In this document: positions 1-11,852 of the stretch, in pieces
How positions within the stretch are numbered: position 1 is the stretch's first letter
Layout: every line of letters begins with the position of its first letter
Source of the DNA: Octopus sinensis
Lineage: Eukaryota
Length of the DNA: 64,000 bases
Direction of reading: 5' to 3'
Assembly: GCF_006345805.1 (NCBI RefSeq)
Contig: NC_043019.1
Span: 806,001-870,000 of the forward strand
Translations under genes and position numbers: made by a program
Notes under the pieces: model-generated
What the model was told of the DNA's origin: nothing
The model's input: the letters and a program-made list of their open reading frames with translations, nothing else
The model's database searches: none

Positions 1-530
1 TGGCTTCATAAATAATGGCCTCGGTCATACATGCTCCATTTAGCGGGCACAAACTCTGCAGGAACAGCCGGCTTAATTTTGCTGTTTTTGTATATTCTGT
101 CCAATTATAATTTTAAAGTTAGTAGTATTACTAGAACTAATTTTTAAGCTATGTCAACGATCTTTCTATAATTATGATTGATTGGAAAATGCCTATCTAT
201 AAGTGATAAGAAATATCTAACTATATTAAAGGTCACTTCCGGAGAGTAATGTGGTGTGAACCAGATAATTTTCCTATTCCTATTTTTTCTTTTCTTTGTA
301 ACTGGACTAATAACAGGTGTAGAGGTTATTTCTTCCCTAAAACCGCTATCTTTTAGGGCTATATTGTATATTGGGGAAACACTATTAAAATGTTTATTTT
401 GGAGGAGAGGTTAGAAATTCTCTTGCTAATGTTTTTAATTAAATTCTTAAATACTATGGGGGGATGGCAGCAACCTATATTGATATAGCTGAGTCTATCG
501 TTGGGCTTTCTATAGTGTTTGTAAATACTC
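1..530 (-). mobile_element. Penelope-like retroelement relic (RT thumb, linker and start of GIY-YIG; frameshifted)
   Basis: Manual minus-strand translation across frameshifts gives YRKPNDRLSYINIGCCHPPIVFKNLIKNISKRISNLSS, YNIALKDSGF, RKIIWFTPHYS, LIDRHFP and GCSCR..CPLNGACMTEAIIYEA. This matches the Penelope thumb, linker and Cys-rich pre-GIY-YIG pattern. It runs off the window edge. Confidence 0.85.
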
Positions 531-578
531 TAATTTAAATCTAAAGATACATCTAAGAAATAAACAACTGTCAGGTTA

Positions 579-639
<61 letters not shown>

Positions 640-640
<1 letters not shown>

Positions 641-1025
641 TAGCAGTATCGCCCGCGTAGCTCGGGTTGTAAGGGAAATAACTATATAAGCATTTTTAGA
701 GATATAAAGTATAATAGCCATCTCAATATAGCTAACCACAAAGGGGGGTTGTTACTGTAGCTTTTTACGTTCTGAGATTTAATAATAAATTTTTAGAGAT
801 TTATTTCCCTTATATATGCCAAAAATGGAAAAAATTTATGGTAATTTTTTTTTTAAATCGTAGACTCATCGTAGACGCGCGCTAATACCCAGAACGGCTC
901 AATATGAATCAGGACTATACGATACCCGGTTTTGGTTAAACTGCACCGCAAAATGTAGGAGTAGTTAGGAATCTAAATCGTAGGAGACAGACAGCACACA
1001 ACCTTACTTTTATATATAAAGAAGA
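640..1025 (-). mobile_element. Non-autonomous Helitron
   Basis: Minus strand starts TC at about 1025 and ends with a GC hairpin (cccgagctacgcggg) followed by CTAG then T at 643-639. It is inserted in a (TA)n tract and has no coding capacity. Confidence 0.65.
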
Positions 1026-1050
1026 TATATATATATATGTGTGTGTGTGT

Positions 1051-1350
1051 GGAGGCGCAATGGCCCAGTGGTCAGGGCAGCGGACCCGCGGTCACAGGAT
1101 CGCGGTTTCAATCCCAGACCGGGCGTTGTGAGTGTTTATTGAGCGAAAACACCTAAAAGCTCCACGACGCTCCGGCAGGGGATGGTGGTGATCCCTGCTG
1201 TACTCTTTCACCACTCTTTCTCCCACTCTTTCTTCTGTTGGCCTGCTCGCTCAGCCTGCGGGGTGGCGTCATACGAAGGCTAAAACAATGCGAACGCATT
1301 GTGACCAGCGATGTGTAACTACATCTGATGGACTGGTCGGTCACGTATGA
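1051..1350 (+). mobile_element. tRNA-derived SINE, family C (GGAGGCGCAATGGCCCAGTGG head), tail type 1
   Basis: A-box-like TGGCCCAGTGG and B-box-like GGTTTCAATCCC. The head is nearly identical to the 32095-32476 copy, and the tail recurs at 6332-6450 and 23290-23403. Confidence 0.8.
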
Positions 1351-1357
1351 TATCATA

Positions 1358-1403
<46 letters not shown>

Positions 1404-1737
1404 ATACGTTAATTATGCGATTGAGAAATTGTAATACTGATATGTTTGGGAGAAATAGAGCAAGCAAACACTTTTAAAATTGAGTTAACTCTGAAGTTTT
1501 TAGACTCCAGAGGAATTGACGTACGGTTTAACAACATTCCACGTTCATATCAATATATTTAAACACATAAAAACGGTGACATAGAGAGCAACAGAGGAGA
1601 AAAAGATCTCATTACGTAAGGTATATCATGCTGACACATATACACATATGTATGTGTGTTACATTCACGTGCATACATACACAGAGCTATATATACATAC
1701 ATACATACACACGCACGCACACACACACACACACACT

Positions 1738-1782
<45 letters not shown>

Positions 1783-1859
1783 CGATACGATCATTTGAAA
1801 GATACTGATCATTTGAAAGATACTGAAAAGATATTTGTTATTTTCAGCTCCAAAAATTA

Positions 1860-2285
1860 TACACGTGTTACGTTAAATCGACTGAAAATATTCCGCAAAC
1901 TTTTGATGAGAAAGTCCTTGAAAGTGATGGTGGGCAGGATCCTTGTCACAGTCTCTGTCACCTTCTCCCTAACTTGGGAAACAACCATAAGTTACAAGGA
2001 GCAGAGTCAGGACTGTAGAGTGGGTTAGGCCATCTCTGTCAAGTGGTTGCTTACCAGGATGGAATTCACAACTCGTGCATTTTCCTAGTGAAGGTGTTCC
2101 GTACTTTTGCAATGAATTTTCTTCCTGAACTGCCTAAAAACCATCACAAAGTACTCTTTGTTGACTCTCTGGCCAGAAGAAAGCCAGTAGATATAGCCCA
2201 TACACTTTCTGTCTAAAAAATTGATCATTATATGCTTATCGGTGGAATCTTTTTTTTTGGGGGGCTTGGCCTCTCGTGCCAGCGA
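1860..2285 (-). mobile_element. Mariner transposase relic (catalytic region)
   Basis: Minus-strand translation includes GYIYWLSSGQRVNKEYFVMVFRQFRKK and H*ENARVVNSILVSNHLTEM, followed by a decayed YSPDLAPCDF region. It is interrupted by the SINE at 2297. Confidence 0.75.
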
Positions 2286-2296
2286 AAAAAAAGTTC

Positions 2297-2700
2297 GGCG
2301 CAGGAGTGGCTGTGTGGTAAGTAGCTTTCTAACCAACCACATGGTTCCGGGTACAGTCCCACTGCTTGGCATTTGGGCAAGTGTCTTCTGCTATAGCCCC
2401 GGGCCGACCAATGCCTTGTGAGTGGATTTGGTAGACGGAAACTGAAAGAAGCCTGTCGTATATATGTATATATACATATGTGTGTGTGTGTGTATGTGTT
2501 AGTGTGTCTGTGTTTGTCCCCCTAGCATTGCTTGACAACCGATGCTGGTGTGTTTACGTCCCCGTCACTTTGCGGTTCGGCAAAAGAGACCGATAGAATA
2601 AGTACTGAGCTTACAAAAGAATAAGTCTCGGGGTCGAGTTTCTCGATTAAAGGCGGTGCTCCAGCATGGCCGCAGTCAAATGACTGAAACAAGTAAAGAG
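2297..2700 (+). mobile_element. tRNA-derived SINE, family A (GGCGCAGGAGTGGCTGTGTGGTAAG head)
   Basis: A box TGGCTGTGTGG, B box GGTTC..TCCC, a central (TA)/(TG) microsatellite and a GAAACAAGTAAAAGAG tail. More than 10 near-identical copies occur in the window. Confidence 0.9.
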
Positions 2701-3271
2701 TAATCCATTAGCAGTCTGGAGCATATGGTAAGTTTCTGCCTGGTTTAACAAAAAATTTTATCGCCTAGCAAGCTTCCAAGCTGTCTCTCCATAACGACTT
2801 CATTCTGCGAACTAGTCAGCCGTGACAAGTATTATTTAGTAGGGTGTGTCCAAAGTACTGTCTTACCAATCTCCTTCAATCTGGAATAGAAAAGCAAAAA
2901 CTTTGGCTGATCAGATTATTACATGCATTGTCATAATATGCTAAAATTACGATTATCCAGAAGAGATATATCTGCCTCTTCTTAAAAGTCTCAAGACTTC
3001 TAGAATGCTTCTCCTATTGGCCCATGTGTGCATATGATTTTTATGTATGTGAGATTAACGTTGATTAAATAACGCAACAGTAAACTTTTACAAGTATGGC
3101 ATGCGAAACTGTTATTCGGATTATATAAGCTCTAGTTATCTTACTGAAATTATCATATATATAATCCTCCAGACAGTTATATAATGTGTGGCTATTGTGT
3201 GTGTGTGTGTTTGTGTGTGTATATATACTCGTATGTATATACACGTATGTATGCATTTATTTACACACATA

Positions 3272-3670
3272 GGTGCAGGAGTGGCTGTGCGGTAAGTAGC
3301 TTGCTAACCAACCACATGGTTCCGGGTTCAGTCCCACTGCGTGGCATCTTGGGCAAGTGTCTTCTGCTATAGCCCCGGGCCGACCAATGCCTTGTGAGTG
3401 GATTTGGTAGACGGAAACTGAAAGAAGCCTGTCGTATATATGTATGTGTGTGTGTTTGTTTGTCTGTGTTTTTCCCCCTAGCATTGCTTGACAACCGATG
3501 CTGGTGTGTTTACGTCCCCGTAACCTAGCGGTTCGGCAAAAAAGAGACCGATAGAATAAGTACTGGGCTTACAAAAAGAATAAGTCCCGGGGTCGAGTTG
3601 CTCGACTAAAGGCGGTGCTCCAGCATGGCCGCAGTCAAATGACTGAAACAAGTAAAAGAGAGAGTAAAGA
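3272..3670 (+). mobile_element. SINE family A, full length
   Basis: Same head, body and tail as 2297-2700. Confidence 0.9.
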
Positions 3671-4297
3671 GATATATACGGGGGGGGGGTACAATCGAGT
3701 TTTTGAAGTCAGTAAAACTTGCCTTCTTGCTTCTGAATTACGCCTCTTTACGTCTTTATGTCATGTTGTTTTTATCTGAGCTCGATAAACAGAATGCAAT
3801 AGATAAAAATACTCGGATCGATATAATTTACTAAAGAAAACAATTGAAGACATTGCTCCAGCATGGTCGGTGTCCAAACTGTCTAAGATCATCAAAAAAA
3901 AAAAATAATAAAACAGGACAATAATGATTCATAGAGCATGAAAATACTTCAGACTTACCTGTAGTACAAAATTCTTTGTTGTTCCGAAGTCAAAAGAAAA
4001 CAACAGTGAACGAAGAACGCGCTTCGTAGAAAGAAAATTTCTGTGAGTTCGTGCGAAAGAGTGACATCATTCATACGGCCTCCATAGTTACAGTGATAAT
4101 AGAGACTGGCATAGTTGCCATAACTACAGACACGATATTCATTTACGCATTAGACCTGACTGATTTTGGAAATTACTGTGAGGACACAGAATTAAATATT
4201 GAAATGCTACGCTACGTGTTATTGTGAAGGGGTATCTGTGTGTCCGCAAGGATGGCTAACAAATAACTGCATAAACTCCCTGAAAACGTACCCTCCT

Positions 4298-4726
4298 GGG
4301 ATCTTTTCCGTTTGAACGGCAGTTTTCTAAAATAATTTCCACGTAACTAAACACTTTTAAACTTCGTATACTGGTACAATGTGTTTATAAAACATCTTTT
4401 TCTCTTGGCTTGATTGAGAAAATTCTATAGTTTGTAAGATATTTGTTGTTTTTTTTCTTCAATTTCTGCAATTTCAACCAATCACTGACGTCTCTTGAGG
4501 TAAAAAAACATTCTGTGCCGTATGAATATGTCCCTCGTTTCAGAAACAGATTGGGTTTATATACATTTCTGAAGAAAAAAGATACCCTTCCCCCCACCAC
4601 TAACCCTAACTAACCCTAACCCTAAAACAGATTGAAATGCAATAGATCGATACTAGGGTCATAATTATGGGTGACAATTTCATATGACACCGCTAGAAAA
4701 ACTGCCGTTCAAACCGAAAAGATCCC
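4298..4726. mobile_element. MITE with about 33-bp TIRs and internal telomeric-like hexamers
   Basis: GGGATCTTTTCCGTTTGAACGGCAGTTTTCTA and TAGAAAAACTGCCGTTCAAACCGAAAAGATCCC form an inverted pair. CTAACCCTAACTAACCCTAACCCTAA lies at about 4599-4625. Confidence 0.75.
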
Positions 4727-4929
4727 CCCGTGTCTTACTAAAAAAGGAAAAGAAACAGATTACTTTATATTAGGTGAGGTTAAACTGCTCTCATGCCTGT
4801 CGAACGAATATCCACAACCAAGGAACTCTAATACAAACCGAAACCACGTTGTCTGGTTGTGTCAGTGCTAGGGTGGCAGGTGGTGATAGTGAGTGCCTAC
4901 TGAAAAGTTTTTTTATTTTAATTGAACTA

Positions 4930-5946
4930 AGTTTCTTATAACACCTATCACTTAATCCATGCGCATCCCAAATTTGCCATTCACTTAGAAAGAAATTAGA
5001 AAGAAATACGTTTCATATTCGCCTGCTATATTCAATGACGATCAATAAATCGTAAGGCCAGACATTTGACAAAGTGGGGCTGTTTTTGCCTGGACCTGCA
5101 TTCGACCATGGTCAGCTATATGTTGCATTCTCTAGGATTTGCAAAAGATCTAATGTAAGAGTTAAAGTTATCAACACTGACAAAAATGGGAAAACAAGAT
5201 GGAGAACTTACACGAAGAACATAATCTGGAAAGAAGTATTGGTTTGAAACTTGTACACAAACTGAAATGTGTATATAAGTTACCAACCGTGTGGTTTCCA
5301 GTGTGTGCCACTTTGCATTCAGTTTTTCGCCCCCGTAAACTTGTGACTCCTATATTTTACATATAATATAATATTTTTGCTGTAAACTTTTTGTTTTCTA
5401 AGATATGAAATTGTGACCATGTGAATTTTAAAATGTAATTTATTTCTCAGATGCAGCACGAAGCTTTGTCAGTGAACAGGTCGCGGTCTCAAACCGACGA
5501 AAATATTTCGCCAAATTAAATTTAAATATTGAAGTGAATCTAACGGTTTTTGTGTGTTTCTTAAATGGCTTACAAACACCTTCCACGCTGCAATTGTGTT
5601 CGTTCCAGCACACAATCTCAGATCAAGTCACTTGCTACGCAAGTACATCTCCGTAATTTATTTCTGTTTATGGGGAAAATGGGAAAATAGGGTGAATATT
5701 AATTTTATGAGTACAGTGTATTAAGTCTTTAAAAGAGTGCATAAATTATACATAGTATATTTAACAAGTGCATTAAGTAATCAACGTATTCCAATTTTCT
5801 TCACTTTTCATTGAATAGCAAATGAGCAACTACCTTTTGATAAAGACACAACACAGGCCATGCTTTCAGGCTTTACGGATAAAATTTTCATGAATAACCC
5901 ATTAGATTCACTATTAATTCCGTGAAATAATCACGGGTCCCGCCAG
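4930..5946 (+). mobile_element. Helitron 3' relic (PIF1-like helicase C-terminus and terminal hairpin)
   Basis: SMTINKS*GQTFDKVGLFLPGPAFDHGQLYVAFSR (PIF1 motifs V-VI) at about 5035-5135, then YTKNIIWKEVL. A terminal hairpin ccgtga-aataa-tcacgg at 5920-5936 is followed by CCAG then T, read as a mutated CTAG. Confidence 0.8.
5465..5515 (+). ncRNA. Minimal type I hammerhead ribozyme motif, G3-C8 variant (stem I decayed)
   Basis: tttgtca GTGAACA g gtcg(cggtctcaaac)cgac GAA aatatt t cgccaaa. The sister copies at 34914-35012 give stem I 3' strand tgacaaa. Confidence 0.55.
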
Positions 5947-6065
5947 TAAACAACATATATATATATACAATATATATATATACATATATAATATATCATA
6001 TATAGATATATATATATATCATATATATATATATTGTATGTATACATATATATATTATGTATGTG

Positions 6066-6111
<46 letters not shown>

Positions 6112-6331
6112 CAATATATATATATATATATTATATATATATATATATATATATGCATATATTAATATTATATATATATATATAATATAAATATATATAT
6201 ACAATTATAATATATATATATATATGTATATATATATTGTGTATATATATATATAATATATACATTTATATATGTATATACATATATATATATATATGTA
6301 TATATATATATGTGTGTGTGTGTGTATATAT

Positions 6332-6450
6332 GCCTGCTTGCTTAGCCAGCGGGGCGGCGACATTTGAAGGCTAAAACAATGTGAAGTGCATTGTGACCAG
6401 CGATGTGTAGCAACATCTGATAGTCTGTTCAGTCACGTTGATCACGGTGA
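6332..6450 (+). mobile_element. SINE family C tail type 1, headless copy
   Basis: Matches 1240-1350 (GAAGGCTAAAACAATG...GCATTGTGACCAGCGATGTGTA). Confidence 0.7.
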
Positions 6451-6537
6451 CATATATATATACATACACATATATATACTACAAACATACACACACACAC
6501 ACACAATATATATATAATATATATAAATATATATATA

Positions 6538-6764
6538 CAATAATATGTTACATTACTCGATAGTCAAGATAAAACTCTGAGTTTCAGATGCCGAAGTGGA
6601 TATCCACAACACCATCTCTTCGGTTATCTGGCTATTTGAAAACGCTATTATAGGATAGCGTTTTCAAATAGCCAAATAACCGAAGAGATGTGTCGTGGAT
6701 TCCCACTTCGGCATCTGAAACTCAGAGTTTTATCTTGACTATCGAGTAATGTAACATATTATTG
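6538..6764. repeat. Near-perfect 227-bp palindrome (fold-back or MITE-like)
   Basis: Arms 6538-6648 and 6655-6764 are reverse complements with a few mismatches and a 6-nt loop (tatagg). Confidence 0.9.
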
Positions 6765-6830
6765 TTAGATAAATTTCCTCTATTTACATAATATTGAGGT
6801 CTCTTTCTTCTTTGTTATCTTACCGTTTAA

Positions 6831-6928
<98 letters not shown>

Positions 6929-8351
6929 ATATATTTAAACACGATGATGCCGGATGAAATGTCTCTGATCCCAAATCGGATGGATAGGGCCTGGCATGAG
7001 AGTTAACAACAACAATAACGTTATACCCATGAAAATCAGATATCAGGAAAACATTTTCACCTAGGGTGACAAAAGGTAGAAATGCAATTTCAAAGACAAA
7101 TTTACCATGTGATAACGAACTTATAAAACAAAGACAAATCTAACAGAGCGATGAATTTTACTGACATAACATTATGATTGAATAGTGATGAACATTAATA
7201 GATTCCAGCATTGCTTACTTTAATATCCTCCGAGTGGAGGATAATTGGTGGACCTATTCATAATGTATGTCTTTACTTCATTTGTCTTATAAACGAGTTA
7301 ACATAAGTGATATTTTTACTTGAAATACCTCCTACGTATCGTATTGTAACTAATACAAGTTGACAAATACGTGAAATATCGTCTCGTAAATCGATTATCT
7401 TCTTATACATTCTTTCACAAGACATTACCCTAAACGAAACCATTATATCATTTGTGTTGAATTATCCGTTTTCATGAACACTGAATCTATATGATACAAC
7501 CGACAGAAGATGTCAACTGTTGCATTTTCAATTTCTGAGATATTAAGAAGAGATAAGAGAGCAATATCTCAATTATTTGATTTTCAATGTCATGTTAGTA
7601 AAAATAAAAAAAATGATAATATTTCTTGTGATGTAAAAAAAAAAAAGAAAGAATTTTTCCTGCTTGTAAAAGATATCTCGTAGCTCAAGCTAACTTACCA
7701 ATTAATTTTATCAAGATATTTGCAGACAATACGTCGCAAATGAAATCAAGGTTCAAAGCCGCGAAAAGGCTATCTCATACATATAATTTAAATATAATTT
7801 GGTGTCGCGTTAAATGAAAATTGACTGAGATTTTGGTTTGATATTCAATGATACGAAAATAATTTTCCCTATGAAGATATGGTGATGTATAATTAAGTGG
7901 AGTGCATTTAAGCAAAAATAGAACTTTATCGCTTACCCTGCTAATCTGGTAGTTATAACTTATTTCAGATCATTTGTTATATGTTAATAGAGGGTAAAGT
8001 GGTCCGAGGTTAAGTTTCTTGTATGTCATTTTTATGCAATTGTTGAGCGGTACGTTGAATTGGAAAAGTCGAGTGACATAACACATCTTTCATTTATTGC
8101 TTTTTACTTGCTTCGGTAATGAGACTGCGGCCATGCTGGGGCACCACCTTCGACGATTTTTGGCGACTGAATCAACAACAATACTGGTATTTATTCTACC
8201 GGTTTCCTTTGTCGAACCACTTATTTACGGAGACGTAGAAACACCAACAGGTTGCCTAGTGGTGGTGAGGGACAGACACAACACTGACACAGTGACACCC
8301 GCTATATAGTATATATATATATATATATAATATATATATATATATTATATG

Positions 8352-8383
<32 letters not shown>

Positions 8384-8554
8384 ATCGACTGCCCCCCCCT
8401 CCCCAAAACTTTCCGGCCTTGTGCCTAGTGTAGAAAACAATAATAGGAAACTTAAGAAAGAGCAGAGAAGTTGTATCTATGAGTTCCATGTTTGTCTGTT
8501 TCTATCTGTGTGCGATAGTGATGACAGTCAAGTCAGATATTAAACCAACTCTTG

Positions 8555-9019
8555 GGGTTTAATATCGCGGACGCCTCAGTATATCGCGGACGCATCAGTA
8601 TATCGCGGACGCATCAGTATATCGCGGACGCATCAGTATATCGCGGATTTCTGCGGCCGATAGGTATTTATATTTTTTTTAGATTTTAATTATTTCTGTA
8701 GTATGATAACCATTTACACGCCTAAACATTATTGAATTAATAAATAATAGGTGTTATACAGTATTGCACTGTATAACACATTAATTAAAATAATCAAAAT
8801 ATATTAAAAATCAGTACGTAGCGTACCGCAGATGAGAACTGTACGGAAAACGAAAGTTGGGAGGCGAGTGTGTGGTGTTCTGTATTTATAACAAAATATA
8901 CAAATTATAAAAATAATATAAAAGAATATAAGGTAGAGTACTGTTTCCATTTCGCGGATTTTCACTTATCGCGGCGGGTTTTGTAATGTAACACCCGCGA
9001 TAGACGTAGAATTATTGTA
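8555..9019. mobile_element. Tigger/pogo-like MITE with amplified left-end motif
   Basis: Right end TTCGCGGATTTTCACTTATCGCGG...AACACCCGCGATAGACGTAGAATTATTG then TA resembles Tigger-type termini. The left end carries 19-bp tandem repeats containing TATCGCGG. Confidence 0.6.
8563..8647. repeat. 19-bp minisatellite (TATCGCGGACGCATCAGTA), about 4.4 copies
   Basis: Unit starts at 8563, 8582, 8601, 8620 and 8639. Confidence 0.95.
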
Positions 9020-11345
9020 TACACACACACACACACAGCGTACATACATATGCACACACATACACACACATACACACACATACATATATGTATGTATGTA
9101 TGATTGTGTGAATATGTTTATATAGATATGTATGTACATTTGAATATACACACACACATACAGATACCAACATATATATCACATAATTCAACGTGTGCAT
9201 CCTTGAATACAGTCATGATTTTTCTCTCCATTTTCCCTCTCTCCATCTGCTTTCTCTCCTCATTCCTTTCTCTGGTAGAACCTAGGCACGAAACATCAAA
9301 GATGTCTTCGATTTTTCCTGAAAGGCATGATAATCCCACTTCATTGTTCTCTCACTTGTATTTCTTTTTTTGATTTTTGTTTAATTTCGAATGTCTGGGG
9401 GTCTCTCTCTCTCTCTCACCCTCACTCTATTTCTCCCCTTTTACTCTCTCTCTCTCTCCCTGTATATATATGTATATATGACTATATCTACATGTCTTAA
9501 TATATTAAAGAGTTGTGTGTGTGAGTGTGTGTGTTTGTGTGTATGTTCCTTATGGATTCGAAAACTGAGTTGCCGATTTTGATGTATGAGGTATCAAAAA
9601 CATTCATTAATTTTTCGGCTACTAAATGAACTTTAATTTTATTTACATATTTGCATTACAAAAATTTAATATTATAATATTCTCGACGACGACGACGTCA
9701 AATTTTCTATATGAGAGTGTACGTGTCTGTCAGTGTGTGAGTGTGTGTGTTTCGTTACGTACATTTTTAGGCCGATGACAGACAAGTATATGTGAGTGTG
9801 TATGTGACGGTGTATATGTCTGCCAGTATATGCACATTTTTGTGACGACTGATACACACACACATATACATATCTGAAGACAGATGCAGACTCACAGAGG
9901 GACAGAGATAGGCCGGAGATGAGCGTGAATGTACGTCTGTGTTTGTCTTACTTATAATATGTATATGACTGTACTGCCCAACCGTGAAACGCGCCAGTTT
10001 TGAAAGAATTTAGTGTAGTTGCGGCCTGGATGTTGAACGAACAACAGCGTCAATTTTGAAGCACCATGGTTTGGATTTTCTTTTTCATCATGGTGAGTTG
10101 CAGTTTAAACAGCATTAACAATTATCACTGCTTAGGTACTGCAATATTATTTTGATTTTTATAACCGATACGAAGATTTCGCTGATTTGATAGCACTCAC
10201 AACACTCGCAAATATATCTGAAAAAATATTATCCTGGTTATTATAACATATTCTGTAACATGGTGACGCAGAAAGTCTTAGAAATGTTATTCCAGTCCTT
10301 ATACCCAGTTTGAAGATAATACTTTTTTTCCGTTCGTTTCGTCTATAGTAAACTATAGTAAAGGACATTTTACGCCTTTTTAATAAGCACACATCAAATG
10401 AAGTAGCCATGCACATGTATCGATATAAATTTCAGCAATACCTGTTTGATATATATGCTAATGGTGAGAAGCAGCGACTCCTCTGCATTTGTAACAATCA
10501 AAACATTTAAGGGCTAAAAATGATATACATTTGCAAGATCTTTTGAGGAGAGATGGTGATATTCAAAACATGGGGCAACTTATAAACCTCTCATTCAGGG
10601 GTAGTCCTCGATACATGCCCGAACTATCACAATATGCTATGGCATATGCAGGACATATTTAAAACCAGATCTTTTTGTATCTTTTACTTGCAATCCTAAA
10701 TGGGATTGAATAAAATATAACCTTCTTCTAATGTTGCATCTTCTATTACAGCTACTTTCCTCAATGGCGGAAAGAACTGCTCGTTCAGTGGTCAAGCTCC
10801 CTCTAAACATTGCAATGAAAGAATCTCAAATCTGCAACATTTCTAAAATCTCCTCAAAATGATAACAGGTCTCCAACAAACTTGCCTCCAGAGCTACTTG
10901 ACCGCACCCTCCAAGACATAAAAACACGAGAGCTCGCTCATGGGAGGAGTAATAGTTGTTCTTGCAGGAGATATTCGCCAAACGTTGCAGATTATACCCA
11001 AAGGATAGAATGATGATGAGATCAATGCATCCTTCAAAAAACCGTATCTTTGGAGACGTGAAAAAACCCCATCTTACAAGCAACATAAGAGTACTTCTAC
11101 AAGGTGGACATACACGATTCTGAAGAATGGTAATGGGATATTAACATTCAACTCACGACTTCAGCTACATGAAATTACATGCGATTAAATTATACATTCT
11201 CTTATGGATCTTATAGATTAAGTATTTTCTAATTTATCTGTCAATTACACTGATGTAAACTGGCTATGTGAAAGAGCTATACTAGTTCCAACTAATGGAG
11301 TAGTTGATAAACTCAATAATGAAATTCTTCAAACGTTAACAGATA

Positions 11346-11770
11346 GGCGCAGGAGTGGCTGTGTGGTAAGTAGCTTGCTTACCAACCACATGGTTCCGGG
11401 TTCAGTCCCACTGCGTGGCATCTTCGGCAAGTGTCTTCTGCTATAGCCTCACGCCGACCAATGCCTTGTGAGTGGATTTGGTAGACGGAAAATGAAAGAA
11501 GCCTGTCGTATATATGTATATAAATATGTATTTGTGTGTATGTTTGCGTGTCTGTGTTTGTCCCCCTAGCATTGCTTGACAACCGATGCTGTTGTGTTTA
11601 CGTCCCCGTCACTTAGCGGTTCGGCAAAAGAGACCAATAGAATAAGTACTGGTCTTATAAAGAATAAGTCCCGGGGTCGATTTGCTCGACTGAAGGCGGT
11701 GCTCCAGCAGGGCCACAGTCAAATGACTGAAACAAGTAAAATAGTAAAGAGTAAAAGAGAGAGAGAGAGA
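11346..11770 (+). mobile_element. SINE family A inserted in the Helitron helicase
   Basis: Full family A copy splitting the helicase relic after ...NNEILQTL. Confidence 0.9.
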
Positions 11771-11852
11771 TACATCAGAATTGAATTTTCGATCAATTGT
11801 CAACAGCCGATCAAGATCAGGTTGTTCAATACCCTGTTGAATTCCTTGACAT

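Noticed and set aside
1-530. AT-rich coding-like start of the window, possible NUMT
   Set aside because: Minus-strand translation matches Penelope RT/GIY-YIG motifs, not mitochondrial genes.
1051-1125. tRNA-like heads of the three SINE families as real tRNA genes
   Set aside because: They lack complete acceptor stems and continue into SINE bodies present in many copies.
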